The translations under genes and the position numbers were made by a program. A DNA stretch of 64,000 bases from Nemertoderma westbladi. Taxonomy: Eukaryota; Animalia; Xenacoelomorpha. This document shows positions 58,123 through 64,000 of the stretch, one piece after another. The stretch is taken from positions 1 through 64,000 of the forward strand of contig JAUCBJ010007494.1 of the NCBI GenBank assembly GCA_032718475.1, written 5' to 3'. Each line of letters starts with the position of its first letter. Position 1 is the stretch's first letter. The notes beneath the pieces were generated by a model. It saw only the letters and a list, made by a program, of their open reading frames with translations, had not been told where the DNA came from and did not search any database.

Positions 58123-60320
58123 TTAAAGGATATAGCTTCTTTATTGCAGTAAGCAATAAAGTTGAAAGTACCGGTCAACCGGTAAACCTGAACGGTACAT
58201 TGTAGGTCTGTAGGCCTAACTGTCATAACCGGTACCGGTACTGCTGTATAAGTACATTTAGTATTATTCGATTTTGATTGTTGTATACCTGTAGGTCTTA
58301 GTACTTAATCAGGGAACGGCCGCCCTGGTTTTTTATTGAGATTTTACTTATTTCTGTCAAGTTTTATTTGTTTGTAGGCCAGTATTGAACAGAAGACGTG
58401 TAAGCCTGATCAGATTGTGCAGACAATTTGTAGGCTGAGCTGTTGTCTGATTGCTGTTAGGTCTGAACGGATTGCAGTGTGTGTAGAGCAACTGTCCGGT
58501 TAAGTACGGTTAGGAAGTAGGGGCAGCGAATGCGGTAAGGTAAACCCCCAGCTAAAGAATAAGTCGTACTACTGGGTTAGAACGCATACTACCTAATCAT
58601 TCCGGAGTCTGCATGTCCTGTAGTTTATTTAGGCTTGAGAGTAGTCTACCATCGTTTAGTCTGTACTTTGTTTGTGTAAGTCTGTACGGGTAGCGTATAA
58701 TTTTATTTAGATAATTTGTAGGCTGGATAATTGTCTGGCTGTTATCGGGTCTGAACGGATTGTAGTGTGTGTAGAGCACCTGTCCGATTGAGTACGGTTA
58801 GGAAGTAGGGGCAGCGAACGCTGTAAGGTAAACCCCCAGCTAAAGAATAAGTCGTACTACTGGGTTAGAACGCATACTGCCTAATCATTTCGGAGTCTGC
58901 ATATACCGTAGTTTGTTTAGGCTTGATAGTAGTCTGTCGGTATTTGGTCTGCATTTTGTTTGAGTAGTTTGTACGCGTAGCGTAATATTTATTATTCAGA
59001 GTTTATGCGATTATTCGCAACCTTCACATTCCCCAACTTTGTTCCTACAGTAATTGTGTTTGTTATACATACCGCTATAGTTAAATTAACCCCGGTACTA
59101 CACGGGCTGCTCGGCGTAGGTAAAGACTGGTGATTTTGTGCATCGGTCACTCCAGCAGATGCCGTGGTTCTTTTAGCTGTTCAAGTATATTTAACTACTG
59201 ATTATCTGTTATACAAGTACTCGTACCTAATTTAGGGTTTAGTGTACAGTAGGCCTACTTTCCGAAGTAATTAGTGTAGGCATTATATTTGTGTTGTAAA
59301 GTGGTTGATAGGCACCTTCGATTAGCTCTATTAACTTCTAGGTAGGAACACTCCGTGATACATAACGTAGAACCTATAGCGATACGGCCATAGGTCGTCA
59401 GGCGGTGGTATTTTCCTATCTGGACAACGCAGTGTATTTACTACTACTTATTATTTTCAAATACTGTAGTACCCTGTCTGTTGTAATAACCAGATTTCTA
59501 ACCCTTTGTTAGGCTGGTTTGTAGACTTCTTGTAAAATTACCCTAAAAATTCGTATTTTGTGTTTTTTGTAAATTTTTGCATTTATTTAGAGATTGTAAT
59601 CTCACCCGAATTGTACGTAATTTGTAGTATTAAGTAACTTAGGTAAATTAGTATTATTTGTTTTAGTGTCCTGTACGTAACACTTCACTGAAAGCGTACC
59701 GCTTTGTGTAGTGATTACCCCAGAAATAATAACATTTGTTTCAAAGATTGACAAAACCCATTAAAACGGGTATATATATATTATAAATCAAATCTAACGA
59801 TTTATAAATAGTAGGCCTACCATATAACAATTAGGTCTCAATATCAGTTGGATTACTGCTCAAATAACGGTAATAAAGTAAGTAAAGTAACAAAGTAACC
59901 CTAAAGTAACAGAAATTCAATTATTTGAAATAATTGATATACCGGTATTTACGATAGGCCTATTATCTTTATTTCTATAAATCTAGGCTGAAATTATACC
60001 GGTACTTGTAATTAATTCTATTTCAGAATTATATATCCTACAAACTGTAAGCTGTATACCGGTATTCCGATAGGCCTATTATATATTTATATATATTTGT
60101 GCTAAAATTATACCGGTATTCTGTGATAAACCTAGTCTGTAATAATACTTATATAGTTATATATACTATAAGTATACCGGTATTCTAATATATTATATAT
60201 ATATAACGCTACACTGAGTAGCAGTACCGGTAATTAATTACTAGGCTAGCAGTTAATACTGAGTTACTAGACTTACTCAGACTGTAATACAGCAGTAGAC
60301 ATTCAACGGTATACATAGTC

Positions 60321-63300
60321 ATGTCTGATACTAAGCAGAACCTGTCAGACAGTATATTAGATGTAACTATCTGCGACTCAGATAGAGACGTACAACAGTC
60401 TGGTCGTAAATTCAGTTCACCTCCCACTGTGAGGAAGGTCATCCCTCCAGTAGTAATAACAGAACCTAGGCTAGTCCAACATCGTAGGTCTATCATAGGC
60501 ACCCGAGCTCAGGTCAAGCGGGACCAACAAGCAGCGGAACAGCAACAACCCGCTAGTCAAGAACTTATTCCTCAGCGGCCCAGCAGCTCCAGTAGTGAGG
60601 ATACTGTAGAGCTGACACCCGAGCGCGGAGCAGAGATGACGGATGCGGTTTATACGGATCCCCTTCTCATCCTTCCTGCAGCCGTACTCACCAGGTTATT
60701 GATCGCGGTGGAAGAACACCAGATCGATTGGGCGAGAAGTCAACGACCAACTAGAGATAGTTATGCGGGATACACGAGTGAAGAACTGAAGTCTATTGTC
60801 GAGTCGCAATGGAACTTCCCCGGACCCGGACTCCCGTTTGATTTATCAGAAGCTGCCTGGGAAGACATACACCGGATGGGAGTAGCCAAGGAAACCATCG
60901 ATCCAGCTGTATGGAAGAGGTCCGCAGCCGGATACGCACAAGGATTCTTCAGCTCTATGGAGCGAGTAGAAAAACAACTGTTTCAACAACCTCAAGGACC
61001 TCAAGAGCAGGGATCGCTGCTTTATCAAGTTAGAGAAAGAGTTCTGCGGATTAGGCTAATCTTATCCGCCTTTGAGGAGGCTTCTAAAAGAAGGCAAGAC
61101 ACGTCGTTGCAAGTTGCCGTAAAGACTTGGTTTCAACGGGTGAGTCGCCAGGTTCAAGGAGCAGCTCAGTGGAAAGCTCAGTTGGAGGAGCGCTCAACCC
61201 ATGGAGAATCAACAGACGCTACTTTTTCCCAAGTGGAAAGTGAAGCGACGGCAGAGAAACCGCATAAGAGGGATGCCATTGACATCTATCTGTCAGACTA
61301 TCAGCGTTTCGTAGGTGATGAAGAGTTGCGGAGAAGACTAGATGGGCTTAGCCCTAATAGTGAAGGAGCCCAGCGTGTGTTGGATGCAATTGATGTGGAT
61401 AGGTTAGCGGCGAACCAAGCTAAATTCGATGAACAACTCCGCATCGCTAGAGACCAAGAAGAACAAGTAAAGAAAAAACGTATAGAAGATAGAAAGGCAG
61501 CGGCAGTGGCAGCAGCAGTGGCAGAGGCAGAAGCGGAAAGAAAGGCAGCAGCAGCAGTGGCAGAGGCAGAAGCGGAAAAAAAGGCAGCAGTGGCAGTGGC
61601 AGAGGCCGAAGCGGAAAGGAAAGCGGCAGCAGCAGTGGCAGCGGCAGAAGCCGAAAGAAAAACAGCAGAGGCAGTGGCAGAAGCAGAACGGATGGCATAT
61701 GAAGAGGCAACCCAACTAGAGTTGGAAAATCTTCAAGAGAGGCAAGACAACTTCAATAAACAGTTAACAGCTAGTAATATGCAGATGATGAGTCGATCTA
61801 CTCCCAAAAGACAGGGGTATACATCATCTGAGGAAGGCGATACCACCGACACTGAAGGCGGAGGAAATCGACCTCGCCTAAGCAGACGTAAAAGAACATT
61901 CCACCGTCAGAAATTACCTGATTTGCCTCCAGCTGTTAGAAGGCAACTAAATAACAACAACTTAGGTAGTACAGAGCCCACAGACCAAATAATTACGATA
62001 GAAAGACTCCCTACTATAGTAGATGAGCCTGAAATAATTAGGCCTGTTCTTGAAATCACCCCTTCGGTGATAGACACACCTGTGCTCCCTGAAGCTACTT
62101 ATAAATTCCCTCTACATAGCACTAAGCTACCTGTGCCCAGTAGAACTGCCCAGGAGACAGTTCAGGTCCTGGACCCCGAGCGAAATATTCCAACTTTGTC
62201 GCCCGTTGTCCCTCGTCTGCCCGCTACGACGTTGGCGGATCCCGTTTCGGCGGTTGATTGGGTAGACGAGAGACGGCGGGGGATGGATATTCTCCTCGGA
62301 GAGATGAAGGAGAATCGGAGACTCTCCTCCCAACAGGTCCGAGAGTTGGAAGGGACGGTCCAACATTTAAAGGGAACAGTGAGGGAAAGTAGGTTAGAGC
62401 TGCAAGAAGTGCAGCAAAGTATCGCGCTTGAACGCGATAAATTAGTAAACACCCAAAAGGGTATACCACCACCCTCTGTAACAATGTGTCAACCTGTTAG
62501 GTCTGAAGTATCGCATGCGCAAGGTGTGGAGCCTACACGCATTTATACTGCTAGCGAAGTAGAAACTCCTATAGTGAACCCTATTAAGGGTAATTATAGA
62601 CCTGTTGATAATGATATTCCATATAGAACTGACCATAATCCTAGAAATTTATATACCGATAACTCGATATTAAATAGCACGATGGCCCAAGAAAGTTTTA
62701 CGCGTCAAATGGCTAGAACCGAAGCCCGGCAAGCGGTAAAGGTTGGAGAGATCGTCAAGTTCAATGGAGATGAGATGAAATGGTTACCTTTTAATGAATA
62801 TTACAAAGATAGCATACAGAACTCTGTACTATCTAATGGAGAAAAACTTAGATACCTCATAGAGTGCTTGGAAGGATCTCCCAAGTTAATGGCGTTAAAG
62901 TTTATTGGACATCCAGACGGATTAAGACAGGTTTGGGATACAATAAACATCAGGTATGGTAATAGGAATAATATCGCTGGGTACTTGTATGCAAAGTTAG
63001 TAGCGCCCCGAAAGTTTATTAGTAGCGAAATTATCGAGTTTTCCGATGAGATCCAGGAGATCTGCAGACAATTAGATTGGCTAGGTAAGTCTCATGAGTA
63101 TCAGAACACTATGGTTATTAGAGCAGTGGCTTCTACTTTACCTAAAGGTGGAGTAGGTACACGCTGGGATAAGAAAGTGTTATATATGATGGAACAACAA
63201 CGGCGAGACCCTACCATGGCTGATCTCATGTCATTCCTAGATGGAGAAGTGAAATTACAGCTCCTGAAACTGTCTAGGGAGAAAACACCGGAAAACAAGG

Positions 63301-64000
63301 TAAGTGAAAAACCCGTCTCTAGGAGAAAAATAACACCAGTATGTTATACCGATGACGGCGAAAGCCAGACTTCTCAAGGAGAAGATAGCGGGAAGGACAC
63401 GGATAGATCTTATTACGTGAATAAAATGCCTAAAGATCAGGTAAGTAAATTCAAGTCTCGAACAAATGACAGGAGAGAACAAGTAAGAAAAACTCCTCCC
63501 ATGTCTCCCAAGAGAATTCAGGTGAGAAAGCCCGAAGAAAAGGCAAGTGTACACAATGTGACTCAGAATAAGGTAAGTAACATTAAACCAAAATGTGCGC
63601 TGTGTGACGGGACCCACTATTTGAATAGGTGTGATGAATTTCTAAAGAAATCATTAACGGAGAGACGCGAAGTTATGTGGGATAAGCGGTTATGTTATAA
63701 TTGCCTCAGACAAGGACACCAACGGCGTACCTGTTTCTCGGACATAAGATGTGCAAAGTGTGGTGCGAAACATCATATCTTGTTGCACGCTGAATTCGAT
63801 CGAAATAGTCCGAATCAGGTAAGTGATTCCGAGCTACATGTCCAATTCAGTGATGTGAACGACACTGATCAATCTGAGATGGAAGGATTCTACACAGACG
63901 AGTTCTCCGACGAAAACGAATCCTGTTACATGATAAATACCGCAGTGTATCGAGCGCTCACCTATGAAAAGGATACAGACAACGACTTCAACCTAACTAC
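60321..64000 (+). CDS. Element C gag polyprotein, open to the window end (over 1226 aa; absent from the ORF track because no stop is reached)
   Basis: ATGTCTGATACTAAGCAGAAC (MSDTKQNLSDS); frame checked at 61251 (AEKPHKRD) and 63951 (RALTYEKD). Confidence 0.88.
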   Translation, partial: MSDTKQNLSDSILDVTICDSDRDVQQSGRKFSSPPTVRKVIPPVVITEPRLVQHRRSIIGTRAQVKRDQQAAEQQQPASQELIPQRPSSSSSEDTVELTPERGAEMTDAVYTDPLLILPAAVLTRLLIAVEEHQIDWARSQRPTRDSYAGYTSEELKSIVESQWNFPGPGLPFDLSEAAWEDIHRMGVAKETIDPAVWKRSAAGYAQGFFSSMERVEKQLFQQPQGPQEQGSLLYQVRERVLRIRLILSAFEEASKRRQDTSLQVAVKTWFQRVSRQVQGAAQWKAQLEERSTHGESTDATFSQVESEATAEKPHKRDAIDIYLSDYQRFVGDEELRRRLDGLSPNSEGAQRVLDAIDVDRLAANQAKFDEQLRIARDQEEQVKKKRIEDRKAAAVAAAVAEAEAERKAAAAVAEAEAEKKAAVAVAEAEAERKAAAAVAAAEAERKTAEAVAEAERMAYEEATQLELENLQERQDNFNKQLTASNMQMMSRSTPKRQGYTSSEEGDTTDTEGGGNRPRLSRRKRTFHRQKLPDLPPAVRRQLNNNNLGSTEPTDQIITIERLPTIVDEPEIIRPVLEITPSVIDTPVLPEATYKFPLHSTKLPVPSRTAQETVQVLDPERNIPTLSPVVPRLPATTLADPVSAVDWVDERRRGMDILLGEMKENRRLSSQQVRELEGTVQHLKGTVRESRLELQEVQQSIALERDKLVNTQKGIPPPSVTMCQPVRSEVSHAQGVEPTRIYTASEVETPIVNPIKGNYRPVDNDIPYRTDHNPRNLYTDNSILNSTMAQESFTRQMARTEARQAVKVGEIVKFNGDEMKWLPFNEYYKDSIQNSVLSNGEKLRYLIECLEGSPKLMALKFIGHPDGLRQVWDTINIRYGNRNNIAGYLYAKLVAPRKFISSEIIEFSDEIQEICRQLDWLGKSHEYQNTMVIRAVASTLPKGGVGTRWDKKVLYMMEQQRRDPTMADLMSFLDGEVKLQLLKLSREKTPENKVSEKPVSRRKITPVCYTDDGESQTSQGEDSGKDTDRSYYVNKMPKDQVSKFKSRTNDRREQVRKTPPMSPKRIQVRKPEEKASVHNVTQNKVSNIKPKCALCDGTHYLNRCDEFLKKSLTERREVMWDKRLCYNCLRQGHQRRTCFSDIRCAKCGAKHHILLHAEFDRNSPNQVSDSELHVQFSDVNDTDQSEMEGFYTDEFSDENESCYMINTAVYRALTYEKDTDNDFNLT

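Larger units (their letters stand above)
56899..64000 (+). mobile_element. BEL/Pao-family element C (same family as A and B), runs off the window end
   Basis: 5' LTR, leader and gag colinear with B. Confidence 0.93.

Overview
Repeat-rich, AT-rich eukaryotic (probably invertebrate animal) DNA dominated by transposable elements. It holds four BEL/Pao-type LTR retrotransposon copies. Element 1 (minus strand, ~1-10101) encodes gag-protease-RT and stops at the start of RNase H. Elements A, B and C belong to one LTR family (TGTAAAAGCTTTT...GCGCGAACA). A and B encode gag-protease but lack RT and integrase, and carry a degenerate second ORF of unknown function; C runs off the window end before its pol region can be seen. 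B (24989-36737, near-identical LTRs, CAATT target duplication) is nested inside A, which sits in a G-rich 67-bp satellite. Also present: an intact APE-RT LINE ORF with a 61-bp target-site duplication, TIR/MITE-like elements, L2, CRE and Penelope remnants, several minisatellites, and two host genes (a secreted coiled-coil/fibrinogen-C protein and a TEX36/HDNR-like gene). The most interesting signal is in the A/B/C family. It has no tRNA-type primer-binding site; instead the 12 nt abutting the 5' LTR are the exact reverse complement of a 12-mer inside the LTR, next to covarying U5 hairpins, which suggests tRNA-independent self-priming in a BEL/Pao lineage. Swapped U3 promoters and RFX X-box motifs upstream of the extra ORF add to the picture. 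All calls are from reading by eye; no searches or alignments were run.
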